Source: Mytilus californianus (taxonomy: Eukaryota). Taken from it: a stretch of DNA of 64,000 nt. Shown piece by piece: positions 1-14,505 of this stretch; positions within the stretch are counted from its first letter, which is position 1, and the number at the start of each line of letters is the position of its first letter. The notes beneath the pieces are model-generated. The model ran no database searches and was not told the origin of the DNA. It was given only the letters and a program-made list of their open reading frames with translations. The DNA is taken from positions 59,210,001-59,274,000 of the forward strand of contig NW_026262734.1 in assembly GCF_021869535.1 (NCBI RefSeq). The letters run 5' to 3'. Position numbers and translations under genes: made by a program.

Positions 1-239
1 AAGCAAACAGTGATAATGGTTTTTTTTTGCGTTTGCTAAATGATATACTCATTCTTGTAATAAACGGAACAGAGTTGTTATTACTGCTATCAATGTCTGC
101 CATATATTCCTGTGTACTGAAGGCACACACAGAATTTATACAGCTCCTGTAAAATTATGTAACAGGAATGAAGTTTACTCTACCGTAAGTTGCTGTGGTG
201 ATCTATAAATTTCAACTCAATTTCATCCCATTCAATTTT

Positions 240-1740
240 TAGGCAAATGAGCCGTTTAAAGGTGCTTGTTGTGACATTATCGATCTTAACCGAACCCGTT
301 CTCTGATCAGAAACCTGGCTGTACCCTTCATGGTATCGCTAGGCTCCTATACAATGCAAGAAATAACTGACTCGATTGTGCTGTTTTGATGTTATTGTTG
401 AATACGTGCAAGGAAAACAGATGGTCGTTCACTCTGTTGAAAAACCCGTCAACATACCACGATGCTGATTTGCAAGCCGCAGATATCATTACATTGTTTG
501 TTGACTTGATCACGAAGACACAGCCCATTTCCAATGTGAAAATGAAAGATATAAGACTCGAAATCGAGCGTAACGAAACCTTAGCTTAAGTGTTGAATTT
601 GACGAAAAAATATGAATAACTATTTTGTATTGTGAAGAGAATTTCCTGCTTATAATTGACTATTATAATTCGCGAACTGTATCGTTTTTCCGGGTATACT
701 CGTGCGAGATTGCTTTAAACAATCCATGATGGTATTACAAAGTACTGCGAACGGGATGGTACATCAGTATGGTAGCCAGCTAATGCGTTGACATTTCAAG
801 AAAGGTGGAAACTTGTGAATTTTGTCAAATCCACAAACCGTCTGAGCTAATAAAACAACTCAAAACAACACCGCTGTCAGGTCGTCCCTTACAAAAGGTA
901 TCCGCCAACTTATTTGAGATAAATGACAATCGATACTGATTGGTTATGGACTACTTTTGCACGCTTCCAAGAAATTGCAGATCTAATCAACATCAAAATT
1001 CACACAGTGATTAAAAATTAAAGACCATTTTCGCTAGATGGGGAATTTCCGAAGTTCTAGTTTCCGATAATGGAACCCAATTTAAATCGCAGATCTTTCA
1101 ATTCTTTGCGAAGGAGTACAACTTTGTACAGTCGTTATTGAATCCACATTATCCTCAGGCGAGCGGAGAAGCCGGAAGCGCAGCTGAGATAGCAAAACAT
1201 ATTAAAGTCTCAACTCTAGTTGCTGCAATTGGTATGAGTCCATCAGAACTGTTTATGGGACATCGCAAACTCTGTCTAAGTCTTTTAAACCAAAGGCATG
1301 AAAGGGTCCTAACCTAAAGACCATCCTCGACCGTTACAATAGAAGCGAGGATTGTTACAGATATTATTTTGATAAACATCGATCTTTATCTTCGTTGAGG
1401 AAGGGTAAAAACTTACTGCTTGACAATGAAAATAAGTGGACAAATAACGTGGTCATTACAGAGGTTAATTGCTACCGTAGAAACGCAACAATACAAAAGA
1501 AAACCAAACGTAGACACATTAAGATGGCAAAATTAAAAAATCCGGAAAACAATACCCCGAATGAAATTGTAGACGGTGATACTAAAATTTCTCGACCGTC
1601 ATCAAATGAATATAATGATGTTTCTGATTCTGTTTCAAGTACACCAGTTAAAAGGTACAATCTTCCACTGTGATCGCGATCCGGATTAGAGGTATAAAGA
1701 CCTGCAGGCTTTAAGGAGTATGCAATTGAAAATGTCAACT
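240..1740 (+). mobile_element. Decayed Ty3/Gypsy LTR-retrotransposon pol remnant (RNaseH tether + integrase)
   Basis: Frameshifted or stopped segments resemble Gypsy pol: EYVQGKQMVV, the tether VDLITKTQPISNVKMKDIR, and integrase PLQKVSANLFEIND..VMDYF, FARWGISEVLVSDNGTQF, PHYPQASGEAGSAAEIAK. A possible PPT (agaaaggcgg) is followed by TG at ~1862. Confidence 0.85.
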
Positions 1741-4700
1741 AAGAGACAGTTCAAGCGGTTAGAAACATTTTGTAACTTAAATTTTAGTATTTTAGGCTAA
1801 TAATTGAGCTTAGCAACTCATTAGAAAAAGATACTTTGATTTTGAATTTAGTAGAAAGGCGGTGCCTATGTTATTTTCAGAAAAAATTATAATTCGAGTC
1901 ACTGTTGAGGTCTTTTCAGATTCTAGTCTTCATTTATACAAAAGAAAAAGAGATGTGACATCATTGATCATAACGGAATTCGCATTCCCTATTTATTCCG
2001 GTCTTTATTTCAGTATTGACGTTGATCTGTATCATTACTCTTTTTTGTTTTAATAATCATATCGTTTGTTGAACGTTGTGTCTTTGTTTTGAATCAGCAT
2101 GATTTTACCATTTAGCGACCTATTGATTTGTTACACGTGTTTACAGCCGTTAATCGGGTACACACTTGCTGTAGCTTTTTGGTGTCGAACAAAGATTGTT
2201 TGTGACAGCGTTTAGTTTGAGTTTTGGTATAAAAGTCATAATGTTTTGACCTGCAGTTATCACAGTGAGCTTCTAAATCATTTAGGACACATGATATTGT
2301 AACTCTAGCAAGGATGAAAAACGAAGCCCAAACTAATATTGACCTAATCGAATCTGTTATGTGAATTGATAGCAGCTGTAAAAAAAAATCGGATATACTA
2401 TTTATGAAAGCTCGATAAAAGGCGCGGGATTTTTTCTTTATCATCAAAACGTGTTACATGCTTGAATAGATGATCATACAGAGATGGTCAAATTGTTTGT
2501 CAAGAATTTTATGGATTAACAGTCAGATTAGAGTTGTCTACGGCTCTGTGTCTCCAATAAATGCATAACTTCATAATCATATTGCATTCGAATATTAACT
2601 AACTTTAACGCTTATAAACTGAAAAAGATTGTAACCCCCTCTCTTCCCCTAAAAAGCAAACAAAGGAAACTTTGTCTAACGTAATCTGTAAGGGATATTT
2701 TGAATATGAAAGTTTTTAATGATACTTTAAACATGCGAAAATTATATACTTCTACATGGTAGTCCAGTAGATATGCATTTCATTGCAGATTTCGAGTTTG
2801 CAATAATTATTATAATTGCATTGTGTCAAGAAAAATATGCAAGCAAAAAAGAAACGTAAGCTCTTTTCCATATCGAATGCGCTTTATAGGATCATGTTTT
2901 GGGTTGTAAACATGCACTCAAGTAAACACATTAAACAGGTAAGCTGTTCTAGAGTATAGATATAATGTAAAAAACCCCGCTCGATACATTATTAACACCA
3001 CGGCATTTTAATAATACTGTGACCTTCTCCTGATGTCTGCTTGATGAAAACATGGTTATCAACACTTATTTGTGTTGATTAACTTTAAGTCTAATTTTTA
3101 TTTATTCTAAACATTTTTCAGGTGTGTACCATTAATTCGCTATTTACCGGTGGTGTTTTAAAATATGAACTTGGGTGCGAATTAAAGACAGTAAGTACGG
3201 AAAATAATAAACCAAGACAGGCGAAAAATACATTCAATCTCATAAGTCAGAAATAAACTGACAACGCCATGGCTAAAAAGGAAAATGACAAACAGACAAA
3301 CAACCGTACACAATCCGAATCCGAATAAAATGTTAGGTTTTGTCATTACTATTTCGTTCTTATTTCAGTTCAATTCAATGCTAACTACTGGTAAATGTGT
3401 AAGTCTTTGACAACAAAAAACAGTTTTAATAATCTAATGAATTGCTTCAATGAAGAGTGCGAGGTTTTACATACTAGGTGTTTACTCATTTCTGTGCCGG
3501 ATGCAATGGTATCCGTTCCTCTGATAATTAGAATCATTCTTGCATATGTGATATGATTGACAGTGAGACAACTCTCCACCAGAGAGCAAATGAAGTAGAA
3601 ATTAGCAACCACAAGTCACTGTGCGGCCTTCAACAATGAGCAAAACCAATACCGCAAAGCAAAGACCTCAAAATGACAAATGTAAAACTATTCAAAGAGA
3701 AAAACTAGAGGCCTGTTTTAAAGTTTTGTTTTGCTTATTTTCCCCTTTTCACTAATAAGTTTGCGCTTTTATTGAAATATTTAAGACTATATCAAACATG
3801 TTAACATGGCTCCGAAGGTGGTTTGATACAATGCATGTACTACCTCTTGCTTTATTCATATTCTCATCCTTTTATTTTGACATAAAAGTCAAAGCGTTGA
3901 GATATACTGTTTTTATTAGTAGTCCTATTTTTATTCCAGTAAGTGATAATTCAATAATGTTAGCATGATCCATTTTAAATGAAACTTTATTAACAGATAT
4001 ATAATTTATATTTGGAGGTAATGCATTATATTTTTGTACATGTTAGAGACAAACTCAGAAAATCTAATGTAATGTTTAGTACACTGTGTTATTTTAGATT
4101 TGCGACGCAACTTTGAAAATATACAAGGGATCTCATGGAAAACGAGCTAATAATGGTCATCTTGTTTTATGTTCAGCATGTTGTACCGGAAAAAATTGTA
4201 ACACGAAGGGTGATTGCTCTACCCTTATCGGAAGTACGTTCATTTAAGCAAATAATATTGAAGCTATAGTATAAGACTGGTTTCATTGGCTATACATTTT
4301 TCAAAGATAATTCAAAGTCGTTGCCATTTACACATGCAAACTCATATTCTTGTATGATTGATTCAATTCAAATTAGTATTTCAATTAAAGTAAATGCATG
4401 GTAACGGAATTCGTCCTATAACTGATCATGTGATCACTAGAAAGGCCCGGATGTAAATTTAAAGTTCATGCTAAAACCTTAGCTTTGTCGACGTCAAAGT
4501 TTAACTAAATGTCGCAAGTTAACTGCCGAAAGAAGGTGATCCGTGATCCCAGGCAAGCTAGCATTTATTTAAAGCATGATAATGATGAATCCTATTAATA
4601 ATGAAATGCAATACTGTGTATGGTTGATGGTCATAAATTGATATAATTTACCCACGAGAAACTGCGATCGGTTATGTATTTATATGTTGTAACCACTATA

Positions 4701-7402
4701 TGGACGCAACTCGAATTCGTCTATATCCAACACAAACTAAACATGCTTTGACATGTCCCGAAACCGTTATTATAAGAAAAAACAGGGATATTTTTATTTG
4801 AAAGTTGAGGTTGTTACATGTATAAATTAACAAATTATACAGATCAAATTGAATAGTGTTGTGTTTATTGATTTAGAATGTATTGTTATCCCTTCAATAA
4901 ACTTGATATGAACATATACTTTTCCGTACGGTTTACGTTTCGGTATTTGTATTTTTCAGATCAGCCTTGTTTTAACACTACAGTTTGTGGATGATAATAT
5001 TGAATTTTACTCAATAAAAACAACCTTTAGTTTTATACACTGTTTCAACCTATTAGAAAGAGGATATACTTCTATGATCCCTGATTTATGAGGTTATCAG
5101 TAGATTAAAATAAAAGCAAATATTGTTTTCTGATATTTAATGAACAGAATTACTCTCAAATCATACCGTTGATTGATTTTGTGGTATATGACAGAATGTA
5201 TACACTAGGTAAATTGAATTGATAACCCTTTAAAAAGGAAATGTGATAAAAAATAAAACTCATCAAAGATACCAGACTTATAATTTTGTAGGACAAAGCG
5301 AGTGTCGTCTACAAAAGACTCATCAGTGACGCCCGAAAAAAAATTTCCCAAATAAAGTTCGACGTTGATAGCATTAAAGACTAAAACTTCATTTTTTGCC
5401 CAGGTAATCTATTCCTGGGGTAGACACACCTTAGTTTGTCGAGCAATTCAAAGTTTTGTTAACAGTGGATTTATAAATATTACGATAGTAATGATAATTC
5501 ATGTAAGCACACAAGTGCAGACTTTTGGGTTGCAACTATCTTATAAAAAATTAAGCTGCTTTTCTTATGCCCTTTAATGCTCTATGAAGTTTTGTATCAT
5601 TGGTTTACCAATTTTGTTTTTATTTCGAGTGTACCGGGCACAAGCAGTATTATTGTGTGTAGGAACAGCGACATGTGTATCGTGGAGGGAGAATAGAAAC
5701 AAGTGTTTTACGTCATACATTTCTTTTTTCCTGATGATGCAGGTTAAATCACTTTCAAATGTGTTTTCTAGCTACAACATAAGCTTGAAACGGCGGCCGA
5801 TTAGATAGATAGAGAATGCATTGGTTTGCTTGTAACTGGAATTCTATTTTTGGGTACACACATTTAATTCTGTTCGAAGACAACTCTTTACAAATCAACA
5901 AAACTTTTAAATAGTAACGTGGAATTAAAACATCTGTTTCGAACGGATAATAAAATTTAAGAGACAGGCATATCGTTTCAAATATATTTGATATGCATTG
6001 AAACAGAGTAACTTAATTGTATTATCTGAATAAAATGAAGATGTCTTATCAACGATGGTCCTACTGAGTTTGGGCACAGCTTTTCAATTTGTTTTCAATG
6101 AGCTTCAACTTCGTAATTTATTTTTTCCTAAAACTGTTTTAATTTGAGATTAAGCAAGAGTTTTTATAATAACTAGGTAGAAGCTACTGCAGATGGTTAA
6201 TTCGTCCAAAGGATAACATCAGCTCAGGAGTCTACACTTCTGTGCTGGCAGGAAATATCATTGTTACGGATTTCTTTAAATTTTCTGTTCATAAAACTTA
6301 AATCATCCGAAACATTAAGTGTTTTTGACACCCAGACATAGCTTTGAGACATTTTTGGTATCATAACTCTCCAACTTTGTAAATGACTTGGTCTGTTAAC
6401 CATTATTATTTGAGTGTCACTGTATGTAGACGAAAAGTGCGTCTTCCTGACAATTTTTTTCCTAAACCAAGAGATACTTGTGCCGCACAGATTCATACTG
6501 AACATATATCAGCCACCTTAAGCACACAACTACCGACATATTTGGGGAGTGCAAAGTATCGTATGAGGCTAGCAAATGATGATATATCAATGTTAATCCG
6601 AGTGTTTGATTACTGCTAACTCGACTTAATGATAACAAATTGTATATACCAGTATGCACTTAAGACAATGTAATACGTTTGCTTCATGTCATTTCCTATA
6701 TCAGAAAAATGTTGTTACTAAACGCTGATTTCTAACGCCATATAAATATTATATAAGCAAACCGGATTTGTATATCTTTGAACTCACATGTTCGTTAGGT
6801 CCGCTTTTAAAGTAGCCGTCTTTATTCGAATATACATATTCAACCCTACAGAAATATATTTATCACATTGATCGAAGCGGCAATATGGAACTCAATCCCA
6901 TTAAGATATGCACACCTTTGCTAAACGTACTGGCTTAGATTATCTGCCCAGAACAAACGTGCAATTGACGGTGTGTAATATAACGTCGTGTCAAACTAAA
7001 TAATTTCAGGAACAGATAACGATTGAAATGAGCCATTTTGTGCATTTGCTTAATATGTTTTTTACAAAATACATCGAAACAAAATACTAGTATTAAGAAA
7101 GAGTTTAAATCACAGGCGTGTCCAGGATATAAGGTTTTTGGGCATAAATGAAAATAACACTTAATGTATTTCGTGCTTTTGAAAAGCTTTCAGGATTTAT
7201 CTTTTTAAGGAAATTTAAAGCTCAACCCAAACATTTGAAAACCAGATATGTATAATAACAGAAAAAAGTTTGGAGAATCTGATCAAAACGGACCTAAAAT
7301 GATTAAAAGCCAATTTAGAAAGTCATCTAAGGTCAACTTTGCAATAGGGAGTTAAAAATCGATAATTAACGTTTTAAGCGAATTATACCTAGAATTACAT
7401 TA

Positions 7403-7541
7403 TCGGTTTGTTCTTACACCACTGTTCTAGCTATATAGGTTAGGAGGAGAGTTGAGTCCTCACAACCATTTTCGATGGTTGTGAGGACTCAACCCTCCTT
7501 CTAACCTATATAGCTAGAACAGTGGTGTAAGAACAAACCGA
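7403..7541. repeat. 139-bp near-perfect palindrome (67-bp arms, 5-nt loop)
   Basis: tcggtttgttcttacacc...cacaaccat / tttcg / atggttgtg...ggtgtaagaacaaaccga; 2 mismatches. Confidence 0.95.
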
Positions 7542-7740
7542 CTCATCAGATCGTCACGTAGCACAAAAACAACTATTAAATAGATATGGTCTTTCCACAC
7601 TTAAGAATCACTCAGTACGCATCTAACGGATATAGTGTAAAGACGTCAAAAACAGTCTTGAGAAAAGCATGGCATTGTGCAATGCCAAACTATTAGTACA
7701 TAATATCGATAGAACGTAGGACCAAAATTTTATTAAAGTA
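7542..7740. mobile_element. Fragment of the non-coding 3' region of the Penelope-like element also seen at 15946-16300
   Basis: Shares actcatcagat... and ...tagtgtaaagacgtca.aaacagtc..gagaaaa.catg.cattgtgcaatgccaa with 15970-16245. Confidence 0.7.
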
Positions 7741-8645
7741 TAGCAAACCTTTAATTGTTTTTTTTTTATTTATAAAAAAAAAATCAACGTAAGTATTCTT
7801 TGTTTTTCAGAAATATTTCGTAACGATGCAATTTTTTTCTGAGGATCCAATACTTTTATTGACTTTGAACCCAAACTCTAAGTTGATTGAATGTTACCAG
7901 ATTATATCCAAAAAAAAGTTAATTATAAGCTTTACTAGTGTGACAGTTGGCTGACTAATATTTGATCGATTGCTATTGCAAAGTGTTTTTGTAATCTACC
8001 ATATTCTTACGACTTAATGTATCCCTAATATAGTCTTATTACATTGTTGTCATTTAAATTCAACATAGTTGAAACTAGATGTGATATATGTTCAAAAAAA
8101 AATGGAGCTGTCAATTTTTTTAAACAATGTATGAATTTTTCAATCTTTTTTTTTTTATTGATTGTTCCGTGCTTGAGGTATAGTAGCAAATATTTCAAGC
8201 GTTTTCGGGGAGAGAACAAATGTTACAATTAATACAATAAATAAGTCAAACTGGAGGAAGGCGGGAAATTTGGATTGCCAAAGCAAAAATTTGGTTAAGG
8301 TGGATAGGGTACAACATATCATTTCAACAGGTCACCTATTGAAAAATCAAGAGTTTCTGCTATGGTTCTTTAAAAAACTGCAGGGATTGCTTGGCACTCA
8401 AATTACACGAAGAAATCGGATTTAACGTTCCTATTCCAAACGAGAACATGGCTGCGTATTAATGCATCCCGCACAGACAAACGGACGTCCAATATAGCAA
8501 TGTTTCACTGCCGGATGGTAGAAGTGTAGAGATGACTATATTTCTATATCCCAGTCAACCATCTCATAAACCGCTATAGACACATGATAGAAATGCTTTA
8601 TTTTTGAATATTTTTATTACCGTCGTTCTTAAAACTACACATACC

Positions 8646-8825
8646 NNNNNNNNNNNNNNNNNNNNNNNNNNNNNNNNNNNNNNNNNNNNNNNNNNNNNNN
8701 NNNNNNNNNNNNNNNNNNNNNNNNNNNNNNNNNNNNNNNNNNNNNNNNNNNNNNNNNNNNNNNNNNNNNNNNNNNNNNNNNNNNNNNNNNNNNNNNNNNN
8801 NNNNNNNNNNNNNNNNNNNNNNNNN
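8646..8825. other. Assembly gap (180 N)
   Basis: Run of n characters. Confidence 1.
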
Positions 8826-8933
8826 ATGATGAGTAAATTTTAACATCAGAAGTAATTTCTAATCCCCGATGTGCGTTTGAATGTGTGCATGTGATCTAAG
8901 GCTATTTTCATATTACCGACTTTTGACTCTAGA

Positions 8934-9219
8934 TTATATAATTTTTCGACAGGTAACCTACTCTGTGGTCAGACATCCTGGTACTCGATCAAGTGAGAGC
9001 AACCAAAAGAAGTAAAATCAAACATATAATCGGTGCAATTTGGGGGAAAAGTTTACCGTTTTCTGATGATTTTGTCGTGTAAAGAAAACAGAAAACAGAA
9101 AATTTTCGCCCCGAATTTTACCAACTGTAAGCTTGGTTTTTATTTCTTTAAATTGCTCTTACTTGACCGAGTACCAGGATATCCTACCACAGAGATGGTA
9201 ACCTGTCGAAACAATATAA
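8934..9219. mobile_element. MITE with ~65-70 bp terminal inverted repeats
   Basis: Left ttttcgacaggtaacctactctgtggtcagacatcctggtactcgatcaagtgagagcaa is the reverse complement of right ttgctcttacttgaccgagtaccaggatatcctaccacagagatggtaacctgtcgaaa; TA-rich flanks. Confidence 0.85.
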
Positions 9220-11934
9220 ACTCCGGAGTCAAAAGTCGGTAATATGAATATAGTCTATTGTTATAAAATGTTTGATGATAGGATCTTTATACACTGGAAG
9301 ATAAATAAACTTTAATAATTATACTGATAGCAAATAAAATGTCAGTAACCTAATTTCAATGAATACATACGTCACGCATGGAATATATAAATGAATTGTT
9401 GGAGCTTTAATTCGTATGTTTGAACCTCTATTTATATATGTGTTGTTTATTATAAGAGGCAAATAGTACATTTGTGTCATGTCAGTGAGATATTGTTTAA
9501 TTACTTACAAGTATGAGTTTTTCGTATGAACATCCAGTTTTAAGGTACGTTATATATATTCGTATACACAACTAGCCGTTTTATTTAATACAATCATCTT
9601 TCTTCGTCCCGTTGATGTTTAACACAACTTACATTCAATTTGTTACTTCGCAATGTTCGTATTGTTAACTCCAAGGCAAAACGACTAGCATTTTAAAGAA
9701 GCCTTTACAGTCCTTTACAAATAAAAAAAAATATTTAATTGTTAGACGTGATAGACTAAATCGCTTTTAAAAGCAATATCATAAGATTAGCCTGTCGAGA
9801 AAAATAAGTAGAACTGTACTGTAGTGCGTTTTCTTGTCAAGATCAGTATTCACAAAATACATGACGGAATTTAATAGTCAAAGTAGCAAAAAACTATAGA
9901 GAGTATGCTAATTGGAAGCAGAAACATACTAGATTTACTAATAGTAATGGACACAAAATCAGAAATGTCTGTAGAGATATTAATCTTAAATTGGCCTATC
10001 AATGTTTGGTGTGTCGTTTTCATTGATGGGTATAGCATCTATATTCAATATTATTATTATGTTTAAATTAACTCAATATGCGAGTTACGTGCTACATGTA
10101 GTTAATTTCCAACGGTCATTATTTAACCATTTAATTATGTCTATCCCAATAATGAGGGGGTATTATTGTAGGTTAGACCCCGTTAACACTTGGACATTAA
10201 GATTGAAACTAGATTGGTTTTACTTTAGATCGATTCAAGTCCAGAACGCATTGAATCGATCTAGAATCGGTCTAAAATTGCATGTTTACTGGTAGTGTGA
10301 ACGCAGTGATTCACATTAGACCGAATCATAATTGAAGGTAAATTGACGCTAACTGATTTTATTTAGATCGATTCAAACAAATGCAAGTCCGCCAATGACC
10401 AACAGACAAAATGTACTCAGCTATAGATCACAGTACGGTCTTCAACAATGATCACACATTTGCTTTTTTCATAAATATTCATTTTCTTTGTGTTTAAATA
10501 TTCTAAAAAATTATTTGTCAAAATCTTATATTATGATTGCCTTCGGGTCACTGAAGAAATAAAGGTTTGTAAATATGATACCAGTTTATTTTAATGAAAC
10601 GATATTGATATTCTATTGCAGAAAAGAAGACTCATTTAAAGGTCAGTAAACAAAAGAACAAATATAAATGTCGTAATGAAATGAAAGCGGAAATTTGTTT
10701 CAAAATGAATAGAAATCATGTAGACATTGTAAATAGTACAGAGTCATTTCAAGAGAGGCTTAGAAAAGAACATTTCCCACGAGTCGCAACGTGTAACAAG
10801 CGATATCAGAACATTTGGTGCTGATTAAATATTGGTTGATAAAATTAAAGCCATTACATATATTTGTCATCTGAAAGTGCAAATAAAGTATAAATCATCT
10901 AATTGCTTATACCAACGTCATGTTGACGCTGTTGGATAGATGTCCCTTCGCGATCATCCAACATATCGTTATTTTATACCTCTTCAATCCTTTAAAGATT
11001 AGGTTGATTTAATTGACGAATGAAAATACTGATTTAGTTTTGCAGATATGTCATTTGCAATATCACTGGCATACAAATGTAACCATAAAGTTAACATATT
11101 TGACCTAAACTGACTGTTTTACATCGTTTTTGGTCAAATTAGATTGACGAAAGCCTTACCCCTCACCGATCGTTTAAAATTTATTCCCTTTAAGATCTTT
11201 AACAAAATATCTATTTGGTTGTGGCTTAAGCTTAATATGGAATTATTTTACTATTAAGTCATATGCAGATCGGCACTTTTTGCAGTTTTTCTTAGTATAA
11301 GAGGTTTTGAAGCCATATGAAACTTCAAATTAAAAAAACAGAATGATTTAAACACTTGAATGGTTATTTTTTACTATAAAACAAGTGTACGTGAACTTTC
11401 TTGTAAAAGAAAATCCTTTATATCACCAAAACCTTCATAAATGTACTTTCCCGTACACTAATTCGCCGATATTTTCCCGTATGTAGTGATCTGAGCTTCG
11501 AGACATCTCGTTAGAAATACGGCCACCGTACAGCGCAATCGCGAGGGGGAAAACGTGATGAAAGAATGTAATGAAACGTGCACTAGAAGGTAAACAGTAA
11601 TAACTGATTCTGAAAGAGATTTAATACAACAAATCATTTAACAACGGTTAAGGAAAAGTTTAATTAACAAATGTGAACGCATGGAAGATATAAAAATAGA
11701 TATCATGGCTCTATCACTTCTTTTATTTGTCGCGAGCTCCATGTTCTCTGTGTTGATTGTATCCAGTAAACTTCTGCAACATACTCGAAAATTGATTATC
11801 TCGCTATCAACGGATAAAATATTATTCGTCGATAATACGTTATAGATTCATAATGAATATAAGAATAAAGTGCATACAGGACTTAGTTATTAATATATGC
11901 ATTCATTGGTTCAGTATTTTTAATAACATTGAAA

Positions 11935-12045
11935 TTTCAAAAAAATTCGTTTGATGTATTTGAGCTTTTGATTTTGCCATTTGCTTAGGGACTTTCCGTT
12001 TAGGAATTCCTCGGAGTTCGGTATTTTTGTTATTTTACTTTTCAT
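11935..12045 (-). repeat. Partial copy of abundant 'aaaataccgaactcc' interspersed repeat
   Basis: Matches copies at 33510-33720 (-), 54215-54425 (+) and 26760-26900 (-). Confidence 0.8.
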
Positions 12046-14471
12046 TTGACTTTGAGGTCTACACCAAAATTGTACGTGTAAGACAAAATGCGAAGACATA
12101 AAGACTGACACGTGACAAACAAATTACTTGTGAAATTCTGTTTTTTTTTAATTGAAATCGTCAATTTTTTTAATCCAACAAATGGCTTTATATCATATCT
12201 CTTACCTCAGGACGGAAACCATACGGTATTAGTGAACTCTAGATGTGTCAAACATCTCAGAAAAACTCACAACAGCTTAATCATTGAACTTTTACCGATT
12301 AGTACCAGTAAAGGACTAAGTAAATGTTACAATTTATAAACTCCCAGTGGCGAATATTTCATGAAAATTCAGGACTACGACAACAATTTGTCACTTGATC
12401 TTATGTGTAGATTATGCAGAGCGGACGACTGAGATAAAGGATGGAAATTTTGACTGTCACTGGAAAACATGGCTGTTTCGTAAAGGATCGTATGGGCCAC
12501 ATACAGACTCATCGAAAGGGGTTTGTAAGTTCCATGAGCGTGTCATTTTCCCCTCACGAGATATCGAAGTTTACGCCAAACTCCGATCGGGCGTGGCTAT
12601 GTTTTCATACATATTTTAGAGGTAAAAGGATACCCGCTTCAGTCTGAATTTATTTTCAGAAGCAAAGAAGTCAGGAATTATAATATCCCAATCAGCCTTA
12701 GGGGTTTCCCATGCTGTGCAAGAAACTCATTCATAACTTTTAAAGTTAAAATGTTCGGACAGCAACGTTTAATGTTAAATTACTTCTTTTTGGTAATGAG
12801 ATATTACAAAACCTTTTAAAAAGACAATAACTGTAAATTTTCAATTTTATTATCAGAAAAGAAGCCTGCATTTCAAACGCAACGAACGAATTTGACACAT
12901 AAGGGTAAGCTAAAAAAAGATTTTAATGGGTGTTTATCTAAGAAAATTCCGTCATGATTCATTTTCAAAGAAATTAAAAAAAAACTCTTTTTTTTCCATT
13001 TTTCTCTCTTTTAATTTGTAAAAGTTTAATATGCAACATCTGTGACCGAATCCATTTGAATAGAACTTGACCTAAGATGCTTGTGAAATAAGATGCTTAG
13101 AGAATATACTTCAAAGACAATATAAGTGTGTTGTATTTTATATTCTAATTCTCTGTTTACTTTCTTTAAAATCTTAATTTGTGAATACGTGTCCTTTATA
13201 TTTCGAAATGAATATTCACATTTAAAGCAATAGTACATAAAAATATCTTGTTGATTTTTCAATGCATTATTTGAACATTGTCAAGGATAGAACGTGCAGT
13301 TATACATGTAGCTGTTGTATTCTAAACAGAAATAAAATACGAAATTGAAATGACTCGCGATTATTGTCAACCAATCAAAGTTACGGATTCTAATGAAACA
13401 TACATGTAATTTAATTATATATTAATAAAGTGCATACATTTACGTTTTTTTAAATCTTGTTTTGTAGCTACGAATCCTGAGTACAAGTATATCGAACGAG
13501 GTAATATGTTGAAATTATGATGCCATTGTAAAACTATAATCATGGTAAAAAAAATCAAAAATGAATTCTGCAACTTTTTAATTCGATAGAAAAAGAATGA
13601 GTTTGTAAACGTTTGAGAACAAGTTAAAACTGCAAATTTAAAATATTATTTTCATTAGATGCACGGAAATAAGAAACACATTGTCATAATTACTATCCTT
13701 ATGGCCCTATAAATAGAAAAAAACAATGTCTTTAATGGTAAAAACAACAAAAATTGAAGTTTTTAAAATATATTTTTTTAGTTATAACAAGCACTTCGTG
13801 TACAATCTTGTATGTAATATACAATCGATTTGATAAAGGAATGTTTTATTCATTCTATTATAAATGTACATCGATAAATCGGCGACCAATGTGTCTTCGT
13901 TTATGAAACATACATGAAATCTTAGATAGAATAATTTTCAGGCATTATACAGAACGACTGAAAAGTCATAAACGTCTTATATTAAACAGAGATATTTGAA
14001 TTTCACTGTCATATCCATTATTTTATCAACATGTATAGTAATGTTGTTATATATTTAAAAATGTACATTTACAACTCATGTTTCGTCATTAAACCAAATA
14101 CACCTATACATTTCAGATGCAGTTAGTTATTCTGTTGCAGATAGTATAGAAGGTACAGTTTGATAAATATTTAAATAGAAAAAAATACTTATATTCTACT
14201 TTGACACGTGTGATGTTGTGATTTTTAAAAGTAAATTGGAAACAACTTATATCAGCATTTAAGGCGGTTAATCTTTGTAAATGAATTAACATTTGGTAAC
14301 ATTTGGGCGAAGTGCATGCAAGTTATTTGGTACAATTCACAGAGCGAAACAAATTTAAAGTAAAAACGAATTATGCATGAACAAATTGCTTAACTTTCTA
14401 AAGGTTAATACTTCTTACCAATATTGGTATTATATCTTTTTATTAAAAGTAAATATCCATGTAACACGTAC

Positions 14472-14505
<34 letters not shown>

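Noticed and set aside
8598-8846. ORFs spanning X residues
   Set aside because: Artefacts of the N gap.
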